From assembly GCA_963830365.1 (NCBI GenBank), contig CAWHMU010000041.1, forward strand, positions 1-64,000: DNA of 64,000 nucleotides. Reading direction: 5' to 3'. The position numbers and the translations under genes are program-made. Of the stretch, positions 42,152 through 52,794 are shown piece by piece. This stretch comes from an uncultured Chlamydiae bacterium (GTDB taxonomy: Bacteria > Chlamydiota > Chlamydiia > Chlamydiales > Parachlamydiaceae). How positions within the stretch are numbered: position 1 is the first letter of the stretch; each line of letters opens with the position of its first letter. Below the pieces are notes generated by a model. The model did not search any database, was not told where the DNA came from, and worked only from the letters and a program-made list of their open reading frames with translations.

Positions 42152-42224
42152 TGTGCCAGTCAGGACTCGAACCTGAAACCTTCGGCTTCGGAGGCCGACA
42201 CTCTATCCATTGAGCTACAGGCGC
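42152..42224 (-). tRNA. tRNA-Arg(CCG)
   Basis: gcgcctg-tagctcaatggatagagt-g-tcggc-ctCCGaa-gccga-aggtt-tcagg-ttcgagt-cctga-ctggcac-a; two acceptor-stem mismatches; no encoded CCA. Confidence 0.88.
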
Positions 42225-42279
42225 GTAATTTTGCGCATAAGAGGACAGTTTAGCAGATATGAGGATTGTTAGCCACTCT

Positions 42280-42441
42280 TTAGGTGGCGATGAGTGAAAG
42301 GATAATAGAGACTAAGAAGAATATGAGAAAGATGAAGAAGAGGATTTTGGCAATTTGTGCTGCCACGCCTTCCACGCCGCGCAATCCAAAGGCGCCGGCA
42401 AGCAAGGCGATGACCAGAAAAATGAGTGACCATGTCAACAT
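42280..42441 (-). CDS. DUF1328 (UPF0391) small membrane protein, copy 2
   Basis: MLTWSLIFLVIALLAGAFGLRGVEGVAAQIAKILFFIFLIFFLVSIILSLIAT (53 aa, not in the ORF track). Confidence 0.85.
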   Translation of the reverse strand: MLTWSLIFLVIALLAGAFGLRGVEGVAAQIAKILFFIFLIFFLVSIILSLIAT

Positions 42442-42470
42442 AATTTACTTCCCTTTTGGTGTGGTCATCG

Positions 42471-42632
42471 TTACCTTCGCATGCGTCCTGAGATGAACGT
42501 TATCAGGAACAGGATAAGGAAGATCACGAACAGCACCTTGGCGATTTCGGTGGCCGTACCGGCGATCCCGGCAAACCCCAATAGAGCGGCGATGATGGCG
42601 ATGATCAAGAATGTCAGTGCCCAATTTAGCAT
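42471..42632 (-). CDS. DUF1328 (UPF0391) small membrane protein, copy 1
   Basis: [53 protein letters not shown]. Confidence 0.9.
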   Translation of the reverse strand: MLNWALTFLIIAIIAALLGFAGIAGTATEIAKVLFVIFLILFLITFISGRMRR

Positions 42633-42768
42633 GATAAGACCCCATGATGGCTGTTTACAAATATCAGTATATAAATAAATTTGCTTTTGGCTGTCAATCA
42701 TTAATCTGAAAACCGAATGACCGGCCTATATTCCTTGTCGTTACCCACAACTATCAATCGAATATTTT

Positions 42769-43153
42769 AAGTTCATCACGCAAATGAGTACCTAATTAAC
42801 AAAACTCTAAGAGCAATCTCCATTTTCCTTCTCTGTGCCTCTGTGTCTCGGTGGTGAAGATTTTTGTAACATTTTGATTAATAATGCTATGCCACCAGCA
42901 AGCGGATTTCACCACAGAGGCACAGAGTCACAGAGAAGGTCGGGAAAACCTCAGAGGTATGCATTTGTTTGATGAACCGGTTTTGATTTGTATATTCTCG
43001 ATTTGATTGGTATGGTGCAACAGTAAAGCAGGCGTGTTAAATTAATTTTTACATCAAAAGACCTAATAGATGTCTGCTTCTCTTTTTTCAACCATTTCAA
43101 ACTAAGCCATTTTCCCCATTCTCTAGGACAGGTACTCATTTGCGTGATGAGCC
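42769..43153. mobile_element. MITE-B nested in MITE-A
   Basis: TIR agttcatcacgcaaatgagtacct / aggtactcatttgcgtgatgagcc (22/24); 8-bp duplication atatttta; contains a cacagag inverted repeat at 42829-42938. Confidence 0.85.
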
Positions 43154-43214
43154 ATATTTTATGTCATTTTTCCCCATTATCATCATCGTAGGGAAAATAT
43201 TCGATCACCAAAGT

Positions 43215-43532
43215 AAAAAGAGAGGAACTCCTACGGAGTTATACAAGAATATGCGTTTTCCCGTAGCTGCGGGTGTCTTCGCTTTCGCTCGTACGCCTTA
43301 GCCACGGGCTACAAAGAGATAAGCTCTGCCAACAATAAAGCTTTGAAATATATTCACAATAAGGTTTATTAATCTACCTTCTCTGCCGCTACATAGGCCA
43401 TGAGTTCTTTTGAGGTCTTGCAGATTGATCTCTTTGTAGCCCGTGGCTAAGGCGTACGAGCGAAAGCGAAGACAGCCGCAACTGCGGGAAAACGAATAAT
43501 TGCATTTAACTCCGTAGGAGTTCCTCTCTTTT
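43215..43532. repeat. Long palindrome inside MITE-A (empty IS110 target sites)
   Basis: About 105-bp arms aaaagagaggaactcctacggagtt...ccacgggctacaaagagat / atctctttgtagcccgtgg...aactccgtaggagttcctctctttt. Confidence 0.92.
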
Positions 43533-43802
43533 TGCTTTCTTGACCGAATAGGCGAGAATGGCCCAAAAAACGACTTAAAATATTCGATTGATAGTTATGG
43601 GTAACGACAATCCTATATCCTTAAAGTTATGATACATGTTTAAGAGGCTATCTCGGGCCGTCTGATTAAAACTCTAGCAGGTTACCGCCGGTGTCGGCAT
43701 CTATCGCGACGAATCCAACATCCAGATGAGCTGGCAATGTTTTCTTAAGGCGCTTGGCGATAGCCTCGTCGCCGTTACAAAACAGGAAGATCGCAACCGC
43801 GC

Positions 43803-44261
43803 TTAAGCTTTCTTAGCATGCTCAGAAAATGCATTTTTGAAGCTTTCTCCGGCAGACTTTGCTAAAAGGCTTAACCCATCAAGCGGATTAGGCCATTTTG
43901 TCGAGTCTAAATTATTATCTGCGTTAGCTAATCCCACAAGGAGACCCAAGACTAATGCGGGTCCAATTAAAACAGCTGCAGCAAGAGATTTGAATAAACC
44001 GGCAAGAAAATGCCCAATTCCATTTCCGCTAGCTTTGGCGGCACTTTTCAGCTCTGCCGTTTGTTCGCTGCCGGCTGTCTTTGTTGTACTAAAGCTGTCC
44101 CCTGCAGCCTTATTCAACCCGGCTGGAATGCTAGGTTTACCGATGTCCCCCGCTCTGGTGGATGGGTCAGCTTGTGGCTTTGGACGCACTGTAATAAAAC
44201 ATGGCGTACCATCGGCAAACACTTTATAATTCCCACCTCCGGCCCCTTGTATACCATCCAT
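43803..44261 (-). CDS. Small Ala/Gly-rich protein with a hydrophobic segment; candidate T3SS substrate
   Basis: AGGAGG RBS; FLAGLFKSLAAAVLIGPALVLGLLVGLA; directly downstream of the TPR chaperone. Confidence 0.65.
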   Translation of the reverse strand: MDGIQGAGGGNYKVFADGTPCFITVRPKPQADPSTRAGDIGKPSIPAGLNKAAGDSFSTTKTAGSEQTAELKSAAKASGNGIGHFLAGLFKSLAAAVLIGPALVLGLLVGLANADNNLDSTKWPNPLDGLSLLAKSAGESFKNAFSEHAKKA

Positions 44262-44279
44262 AACTCCTCCTTAATGCTC

Positions 44280-44975
44280 TTAGGCAGCATTTAATTGTTC
44301 TTCAATCACAGCCAGCCTTGCTTTCAGATCTTCATCACTGTCATAAAGCAAGGGGTCAATGGCTTTGAATATTTCATAAGATTTCTTTGCCGCGTCGGGA
44401 TAGTTGAGAAGGATCAGGCAGCCGATGATATTCACCTGTGCCATCAGATTTTCTGGCTCTATGGACAGGGCGACGTTATATGATTTGAGAGCTTCTTCAT
44501 TTTTTCCAAGATTTTGTTCTGTGATACCCTTTAAGAGCCACATATTGGCATTTTTTGGATTAGTGACCGCCAGGAATGAAAAATATAAGAAAGCTTTCAG
44601 ATAATCGTTTTGATTAAACCAGTTTATGCCCGTTTGGAAAATTAGACTGTTTTCATCGTTGGTAAACATGTTTGAGGTATTGTGTTCGTTTACATTATTT
44701 AACAATCCCGTAACATGGACGTTGGCTTTTTCAAATAAATCTTTGTGATCCATTGCAAATTGACGTCCAAAATCCTGAATGAATTCAAATTGGGAATCTA
44801 GTTCTTTTTGAAATCCGGAGAAGAACTGGTCTTTGCATTCTTTGTTGATCAGCGAGAAATTCGCAGCCCCTTGGGGCGATAAATTTATTCTTTTGCAAAC
44901 AGCTTCATCGATCTGTTCCTGAACTGTCTTGAATGCATTTAGTTCCATCTCTGATAATTCCGGCTTTTTATCCAT
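44280..44975 (-). CDS. TPR protein, LcrH/SycD-like chaperone
   Basis: FSFLAVTNPKNANMWLLKG...ALKSYNVALSIEPEN TPR pattern; acidic protein. Confidence 0.7.
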   Translation of the reverse strand: MDKKPELSEMELNAFKTVQEQIDEAVCKRINLSPQGAANFSLINKECKDQFFSGFQKELDSQFEFIQDFGRQFAMDHKDLFEKANVHVTGLLNNVNEHNTSNMFTNDENSLIFQTGINWFNQNDYLKAFLYFSFLAVTNPKNANMWLLKGITEQNLGKNEEALKSYNVALSIEPENLMAQVNIIGCLILLNYPDAAKKSYEIFKAIDPLLYDSDEDLKARLAVIEEQLNAA

Positions 44976-45389
44976 TTTGCACCTCTAATATTTTAATTCG
45001 CTGTGCTAGACATTTAAGCTAATGCGTCATGTTGAACTGAATGACGTTTCCCAATTCTGGATTTACTTCGATAACGCACTCATAATTTAATTTACTTGCC
45101 GATACGATGTATCTAATTTAATAATAACATTTAATTTAAATTTAACAATAGTAGTATATTGTTTTTTTTGTTGGTTTATTGTTTATGTGCTTTCTCTAAC
45201 GACTAAACCTCCGAAACCATCTGCTCTATCTGCTCCTTCTGGGGCTACCCCGTTTGGTCTGAAGTGCCGGCTTAGCCTATGCCAAAAAAATTTATGCTTT
45301 TGATTTTTCTTATTTTTGTGTTACCTTGTTAAGATTCAAGAGCCTTTAGCATACATTTTGAAAAAAACGCCATAACCACATAGAGCATA

Positions 45390-47905
45390 ATGGACAAACG
45401 TACCCTCTTTTTTGTGTTAGCACTGACGCTATCCCTTTACGGTGTAAATATCTTTTTCGACCAGCGCAATACGGAGAGCCTGCGCCAGTGGAAGCAGGAA
45501 CAAACCGCCAAAAGCGAAGAAAAGCTTAAAAAGTTAAGCAAAGAGGTGGAATTGCGCACCGTCAAAGCCAGCGCTTTGCCGGCCGTTGTGCTGTATGGCG
45601 ATGCCGAAGGCACGCACCCCCTAGCCGATGCTGTGCAAACAGACAAGGCCATACTTGTGTTGGCATGGAGCCACGAGCTGCCCAAAACTGTCTATGCCAA
45701 AGCCCTGGATAGCCAGGATAAAGCCGTCGCTTATGTACTGGCTTCAGTAAATGCGCAGGTGGGAACCCCGGCTATTTACCGTCAAAATGCCACCGCTACC
45801 CTGCGCATCGGCGAACTGCCTGAGGTTGGCAAATATGATTTGCAATTACTTGTTATGCCCCAGCCAGGCGATATCCTTTCCCCGACGGTATATCTCGGCG
45901 AATACATGGATGGACATCTGGAAATTCCTGCCGATAAAATCAGCGCCCTGCAAAACGAGATAAAAGGGGAGTCTGCCGCCACCGCCTACTTTAACGGCGA
46001 AGCCATCGTACTTATTAAAACCCTGGAAGGCTACCTACCGGTCGCCGTCTATCGCAGCGAAAACAAATCCTTAGAACCGTTGGATGTTTTGCCAGGCCTG
46101 TCCAAATTAGTCAGTAAGTCTCAGCAGAAGACGGCAGTGGCGACCAATCAAAAGGGCGTCGAGAAATTCTATGTGCTGGAAACTCCCTATCAGCAGCTGG
46201 TCTTCTCAAACTATGGTGCCGCGTTGGCCGAGATTAATCTGCCTTTCCATAGCAAAGAAGATCAATTCAGCGTCGTCAAGGAAATCGAATTCGATCGCGA
46301 CATGGTGGAGCACCATCCCTACAATGCACATTTCCCGGCCCACGCCTACTTCACTGCCGGAGATAATGCCAAAGAAAACTTTGTCGTCAATCCCAAGGGA
46401 CAATTGGGCGGTTACTATCCGTTGCTGCGCCGCGACCTCATCGAAAAAGACAAGCGCAAGTCCGTACGCATTCTGCCGCGCTATTATGCCCTAAATATCG
46501 TTTCTGAATATCCCGAAACAGCCGAACTGATCTATGAAGTAAAAAGCTTCACCAAAGATACCATCGTTTTTGAAGCCGTACAAGCCCATCGCCGCATCAC
46601 CAAGACCTTCTCGGTGGCAAGCGAAGCCCAGGCTCCCTATTGCATCGATCTCACCATCGCCATCGAAGGCGATAGCCGCGGGCTGTGGGTAACTTCCGGC
46701 GTGCCGGAGGTGGAATGGATTTCCGGCGCCCCTGCGCCGGCCCTGAAATATAGAATCACGCGCAACCAAAAGTCTGAAGTCGAAGTCATCGATCCGCCTA
46801 AAGATTCACTGACGGTAAGCTCGACAATCTCGACTGGGTATGCACATCAAACGGCTTTTTAGGCGTGATCCTGGATCCTTTGAGTGAAAGCGATGGCGGC
46901 TATCGCGCCCAGCATATAGCAGGCACGGTGGTGCCTTCACGCCTAGTCGAGATCGGCCAGGAATACAAACGTTTTGAAGCCGAAGCCATGCCTGGATATA
47001 TGCTGATGCTGCCATTGAAAAGCAGCGGCGGCAGCATGCGTTTTCGCGTATTTGCCGGGCCTTTTGCCGATGGGGTCCTTAAGACCGTTGATAAGGTCTA
47101 TTCAAATCCCGCCACAGGCTATAATCCCGATTATATTGCCTGCCAGAGTTTTCATGGCTGGTTTGCCTTCATCTCTGAGCCGTTTGCCAAATTCCTGTTT
47201 GTGCTGATGAATTTCTTCCACGCCGTGACAGGCTCTTGGGCACTGTCCATCGTGCTGCTGACGGTGGCCCTGCGCGTCATGCTGTATCCTCTCAACGCCT
47301 GGTCTACCAAGTCTATGGTACGCATGCAGCAGATCGCGCCTGAAGTGACAGCTATCCAGGAAAGGCACAAAAAGGATCCGAAAAAGGCGCAGCTGGAGAT
47401 CATGAATCTCTACCGAGAAAAGGGCGTCAACCCCGTATCGGGTTGTTTTCCGCTGCTGATACAGATGCCGTTTTTGATCGGCATGTTCGATCTGCTTAAA
47501 TCCACTTTTGAGCTGCGCGGCGCAAGCTTCATCCCGGGATGGATTGACAATTTGACATCTCCCGACGTGTTGTTCAGCTGGAGCCGGCCGTTGCCGCTCA
47601 TCGGCAACCAGTTTCACCTGTTGCCGGTACTGCTGGGTATTGTCATGCTGTTGCAGCAGCGCTTTATGTCGACCGCCCCTACCGATCCTGCGCTCATGAC
47701 AGAGCAGCAGCGCCAGCAGAAGTTTATGGGCAATATCATGGCTGTCGTCTTCGCGGTCATGTTTTACAGCTTCCCATCGGGCCTAAATATCTACTGGCTA
47801 TCATCAATGCTGCTGGGGATCTTGCAGCAGTGGTGGACGGCCAGAAGCCTGAAAATTGTCAAAGTGGCTAGTGCGCCGATTGTCGTGAAGACCACTAAAA
47901 AGTAG
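45390..47905 (+). CDS. yidC: Membrane protein insertase YidC (single frameshift near 46828)
   Basis: MDKRTLFF, FSNYGA, SIVLLTVALR, GCFPLLIQMP, PSGLNIYW. The frames join with one added base. Confidence 0.92.
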
Positions 47906-47983
47906 GGAGATAGTTATCTCAGGTTGCTGAGCTCGCAAGCAGAGCTCAGCAACAAACGGCCATAGTGACTTAGAGGTTAGCAG

Positions 47984-49372
47984 ATGCATGCCTGGGAAAA
48001 TTTCGTTAAGGCTCAAGAAGCAGAATTAGGGGGCGAGACCGTCCAAAAGTGGTTAAAGACCATTACCGTGGTGCGCTTTGATGCCTGCAATCTATATTTG
48101 GAGGCCAAAGACACATTTCAGGCGATGTGGTTTGAAGAGCATATCCGCCAAAAAGTGCAGACGAAATTAGTCAATAACAACAATAAGCGCATTAAAGTCC
48201 ATCTGGCAGTGGCCAATGTGCCTGCCAAGGCCAAAACGCGCACCACGAAAGCAAAACAGCCGGCCGAGGCTGTCCGCGCCTCGATTTCCCTGGCTTTCGA
48301 TGAATTGGATCCTCAATGCACATTTGACAGCTTTGTTACTTCGCCGGCCAATCAGCTGACCTATAAGGTTTTCAGTCAGATTGCCGGTGTCGCCCCGCCG
48401 GATCAAAAAATCGATGTAGCCTTGGCGGCGCTGAATCCGGTGTATGTGCATGGGGGTTCAGGTTCCGGCAAAACACATCTGCTGATGGCCACCGCCAATG
48501 CGCTGCGCCAACAGGGCTATCATGTGCTTTACTCCCGGGCGCACACCTTTACGGATCATGTAGTCGCGGCGATCAGGGCCGGGGAGATGAGCGTCTTCCG
48601 GCAGGCGTACCGCAATAGCGATGTGCTGATTATCGATGATGTGCATGTGTTTTCGCGCAAAGGGGCCACCCAGGAAGAGTTTTTTCATACGTTTAACACG
48701 TTGCATGTCGCCGGCAAGCAGATTATTCTAAGCGCTAACTGCGCCCCAGGAGAACTGCAGCTGATCGAGCCGCGCCTGGTCAGCCGCTTTGAATGGGGGA
48801 TCGTACTGCAGCTGGAGACGGCCTCGCGCGAAGAATCATCTCAAATTCTGACAGCCAAAGCCACCGCCATGCAGTTTCCGCTGCATCCGAAGGTGCTCGA
48901 ATTCCTGCTGGATTCTTTTTCCTCTACTAAGGCCCTAAGCAAAGCCTTTGATGCGCTCGTTCTGCGCTCACATATGAATCAAGGCGGCGGAAAATTCTCG
49001 CCGGCGCACCTCACGCTGCCGATGGCTACCCAGCTGCTCGGCGATTTGCTGGCCGAAGAGCAGCGGGCGGCTTTAACCCCTGCCAGGATCATCGGGGGGG
49101 TGGCGGAGTTTTTTGGCATCCGTCCTGAGGATGTTGTCGGTAAGGCTCAAACGCGCGACTGCGTTTTGCCACGCCAAATCTCGATGCACCTGTGCCGTTT
49201 CCAGCTGAATTTGCCCTACGTGAAAATCGGCGATCTTTTTGGCAAAGACCATTCGACGGTGATGTCGAGCGTAAAACTCATCCAAAGAGCGATTGAAGGT
49301 GATGATCCGGAGATTGCCGCTCCCTATCGCGTCATTTTAAAAAAGATCAAAGAGCCGACAAATAACAGCTAA
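47984..49372 (+). CDS. dnaA: Chromosomal replication initiator DnaA
   Basis: GGSGSGKTHLL, IIDDV, TQEEFFHTFN, RLVSRFEWG, PRQISM, KDHSTV. Confidence 0.96.
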   Translation: MHAWENFVKAQEAELGGETVQKWLKTITVVRFDACNLYLEAKDTFQAMWFEEHIRQKVQTKLVNNNNKRIKVHLAVANVPAKAKTRTTKAKQPAEAVRASISLAFDELDPQCTFDSFVTSPANQLTYKVFSQIAGVAPPDQKIDVALAALNPVYVHGGSGSGKTHLLMATANALRQQGYHVLYSRAHTFTDHVVAAIRAGEMSVFRQAYRNSDVLIIDDVHVFSRKGATQEEFFHTFNTLHVAGKQIILSANCAPGELQLIEPRLVSRFEWGIVLQLETASREESSQILTAKATAMQFPLHPKVLEFLLDSFSSTKALSKAFDALVLRSHMNQGGGKFSPAHLTLPMATQLLGDLLAEEQRAALTPARIIGGVAEFFGIRPEDVVGKAQTRDCVLPRQISMHLCRFQLNLPYVKIGDLFGKDHSTVMSSVKLIQRAIEGDDPEIAAPYRVILKKIKEPTNNS

Positions 49373-49420
49373 AGGTCTAATTTCAACACAAGCAAATAGC
49401 CAAGAGGCTAAAAGATGGCA

Positions 49421-49559
49421 ATTCACCACAGAGACACCGAGACACAGAGAAGCAAGCAGCAATAAAAAGCTAAGCTTTCATTTCCTTTGCTGTATCCTGT
49501 CTATCCTATCATCTTGTTATATTGCAGCTTCTCTTTGTCTCGGTGCCTCTGTGGTGAAT
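49421..49559. repeat. cacagag-period inverted repeat
   Basis: attcaccacagagacaccgagacacagagaa / ttctctttgtctcggtgcctctgtggtgaat. Confidence 0.9.
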
Positions 49560-49686
49560 CGTCTACACTTTCTTTCATAACGTCCCACTCAGCATCACTT
49601 CGAAATCTCAGATCATGAAGCTATCCTTGAACAAAATGCGCGATGATCATATTATCCTATGAAACGGCAGTTAGGAGTCCGGTAAT

Positions 49687-51725
49687 ATGATTGAAACACG
49701 CACTTTAGGCGACTACACCTTGATCAAACAAGTGGGTCAAGGTTCGCTGGGATCGGTATTCCTGGCCGAACATCGCTTCATGAAACGGCAATACGTGCTT
49801 AAAATCCTTCCCGAAGAGCTTGCTGCCGATCGAAGCTTCACCCAGCGTTTCGAAGATGAAGTCGGCATGCTGGCGACGCTTGAACATCCCCACATTGTGA
49901 AAATGCATACGGTTTCGTTTGCACAAGGGCAATATTTCCTCGTGACCGATTGTGTGGTCGATGAATTCGGCGAAACCACGAACCTGGCTCAATACATGCT
50001 CTCAAGAGGCAAGCGTTTTGATGAAGAGACGCTTTTCCGCCTGCTGCGCCAAATTGCCGAGGCTTTGGATTATGCCCACGCCAAGAAAGGCAATAGCAAA
50101 GGGATTGTCCACCGCAATCTAAAGCTCAATAATATCCTGGTTGCCAAAGGGAGGGATGCATCGATCTGATGATTTCAGATTTCGGTCTTTCCCGCATCAT
50201 CGGCACAGGGGCTGTGCTTACGCGCACCTACAAAACTGTCGCCGAAGCTCTCGGCATCGCCGGCGCCCTCTATGGGGCAAAGACAGGGCAGGAACGCTAT
50301 CCACATCCACCGATCGAGACACAAAAGCTCATCCCGCTACATGCTTCCTTTCTGCAAAACTACGCCTTCCTTGCCCCCGAACAGCGCCGCCTTGACCATG
50401 CCGTGCCTGTCGATGTCAAAGCCGATGTCTATGCCTTCGGCGTACTGGTCTATTATCTGCTGATGGGCGATTTTCCAGAAGGCTACTTCGATCTGCCATC
50501 GACAAATATTCAAGAGGGGAGTTGGGATTGGGATCCGCTGATAAAGGCCTGCCTGCATACCGATCCTGCCAAGCGTCCCGAAAGCCTTGTGCTGTTGCTT
50601 GATAATGTGCGCCAGCATGCCAAAGGACTAGCGGCTAAAGAAGTCCAGCCGGAACAAATTGTCGCAGAAGAGATTGCGCCTGTCGCCATGCCTGTCGCCA
50701 TACCTGTGCCCGACCTTTTTGATGCGCTGGAGATACCTTTGACCGAACAGCTCGTTGAACAGGTGATGTCGCCATCGCAAATAGAACCTGCCCATTTGTG
50801 TGCCGTCGAAACAAATGCTAAAATGGAAGTTTTGCAGGCCAGTAATTTTACACAAAGCCCGCCACATGCACCTTTAAAGCCTATCATACGCACCACCCAG
50901 CTAGAACGTCCGATGACAGATCCCGATCCTGCCTCGGCCTTTCTGATCGACACCACCGTGAAGCACTATACGCCGGAACGCAAAGAGGACAAAAATATTC
51001 AGCCGCTGCTGACAGATATGGTCGTGATTCCGGGTGGCAATTTCCACCGCGGCAGCAAAGACGGCAACCGCGACGAGATGCCGCGCCATCAAATCACCCT
51101 GTCCAGCTTCGCTATCGATATCCATCCGATCACAAATGAGCAATTCGTGCGTTTCCTCGAGGTGATGGGGGGGGAGAAAGACAACAACCACCAGGATATC
51201 ATCCGGATGCGCGATTCGCGCATCAAACGCAGCGGCGGCAGGCTGAGCATCGAGTCGGGATATACCAAGCATCCTGTCGTCGGCGTCACCTGGTATGGGG
51301 CCATCGCCTATGCCAAATGGATCGGCAAGCGTTTGCCTACTGAGGCCGAATGGGAAGTGGCCGCGCGCGGCGGAATGGAAAACGTTCTGTATGCCACCGG
51401 CGAAGATATTGAAAAAACGCAGGCCAACTTCTTCAGTTTCGATACCACTGCCGTCATGAGCTATGCCCCAAATGACTATGAGCTGTATGATATGGCGGGA
51501 AATGTGTACGAATGGTGCTACGATTGGTATGGATACAACTACTACGAAGTGTCCGTGCAAGAGCCTGAAAATCCCAAAGGTCCTTTACAGGGGGTCTACC
51601 GCGTGCTGCGCGGCGGCTGTTGGAAGAGCCTGAAGGAAGATCTGCGCTGCTCCCGCCGCCACCGCAATAATCCAGGCACGGTCAACGGCACCTATGGTTT
51701 CCGCTGCGCCGCCGATGTCCAATAG
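49687..51725 (+). CDS. pkn1: Ser/Thr kinase-like plus FGE-sulfatase domain protein, Pkn1 type (single frameshift near 50158)
   Basis: VGQGSLG, YVLK, HRNLKLNN, SDFG; C-terminal HPVVGVTW, RLPTEAEWE, DMAGNVYEW, GFRCA. Confidence 0.85.
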
Positions 51726-51735
51726 GGAGGATGCC

Positions 51736-52221
51736 ATGATCTCTGTCCTTTTTGTTTGCCTCGGTAATATATGCCGCTCACCAGCCGCCGAAGGTGTGCT
51801 GCGCCATCTCGTCGAGAAGGATTTGCCGGGCACGGGTATCCATATCGAAAGCTGCGGCCTTGGCGATTGGCATAAAGGCAGTTTGCCCGATGAGCGCATG
51901 CGCCAAGCAGCCCAAAATAGGGGTTTTACACTGGTCAGCCGCGCCCAGAAAATCCATCCCTCATTTTTTGATCGTTTCGATCTGATCCTAGTCGCTGATC
52001 TTAAGGTGTTAAATGATTTGTATCACTATGCCGTAACGCCGGCCTATAAGGCCAAACTGCATCTCATCACACACTATAGCCCTAGTTACCGCGATCAGGA
52101 AATCCCCGATCCCTACTACGAAGGCGAAGCCGCCTTTGAACATGTGTTGAATATGGTCGAAGACTCCTGCCAAGGCCTGCTCGACCATCTCAAAAACGTC
52201 CCGCGTCAAGCAAGACTATGA
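51736..52221 (+). CDS. Low-molecular-weight protein tyrosine phosphatase
   Basis: VCLGNICRS, DPYY. Confidence 0.96.
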   Translation: MISVLFVCLGNICRSPAAEGVLRHLVEKDLPGTGIHIESCGLGDWHKGSLPDERMRQAAQNRGFTLVSRAQKIHPSFFDRFDLILVADLKVLNDLYHYAVTPAYKAKLHLITHYSPSYRDQEIPDPYYEGEAAFEHVLNMVEDSCQGLLDHLKNVPRQARL

Positions 52222-52257
52222 AAACTCATCAGGCGTATTTTTGCAACTCCCTATATC

Positions 52258-52556
52258 GAGACAATTGCATAAGTGACAATAAAATATTTATAACATGAAT
52301 TTATTGCCTTTTCCCTAAAAAAACACGGATTTTTGGGAAAGGTTCAAAAGCAGGTAATACTCAAAAAATACTAAGACGTTTCATGGCCATTCTACAATCT
52401 TGTTTTTTCGTTAGTGTAACCGACATTTCTCTTTTTTTAAACCATGCCGATTTTTGAGTATTTTGAGCGTTCTAGGATAGATTCTTTTCGATCCCGGATA
52501 TGATTGGCTTCCAAAGAATCGCTGTATAACACGCAAAACACTTCTGCAATTGCCTC
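52258..52556. mobile_element. MITE-C, 18-bp TIR, 4-bp duplication TATC
   Basis: gagacaattgcataagtg / cacttctgcaattgcctc (16/18), flanked by tatc on both sides; inner IR aatactcaaaaa/tttttgagtatt. Confidence 0.7.
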
Positions 52557-52794
52557 TATCGAGGCTAACAAGACTTTCTGTGCTAGAAGTCCGATTTGTT
52601 CAAAGAGAATCTTACAAACATATTGTTAATTCACGTTTTTCAACCAGCCATTATTAAGTCTTTTTGACGAATCCTCTGGGACTGGTAAGCGATATTGCGA
52701 AGAACCAAAATCTGTTGTTTTTTCCGCTACAAATAGTTATACTATAACTATATGAATAAATTAATATCGAACTAATTTTAATCTGGTTTTTTTT

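Larger units (their letters stand above)
42734..43611. mobile_element. MITE-A copy 1 (about 38-bp TIRs, 9-bp target duplication), carrying a nested MITE
   Basis: cttgtcgttacccacaactatcaatcgaatattttaag / cttaaaatattcgattgatagttatgggtaacgacaa; flanks cctatattc / cctatatcc. Confidence 0.88.

Noticed and set aside
44976..45389. AT-rich region near yidC-dnaA as oriC
   Set aside because: No clustered TTATCCACA boxes seen; explained as a divergent promoter region.
46820..46835. Split yidC as a real pseudogene
   Set aside because: YidC is normally essential, both halves are intact, and one added base restores the frame.
50150..50170. Split pkn1 as two genes
   Set aside because: The break falls between the catalytic loop and DFG; adding one G restores it.
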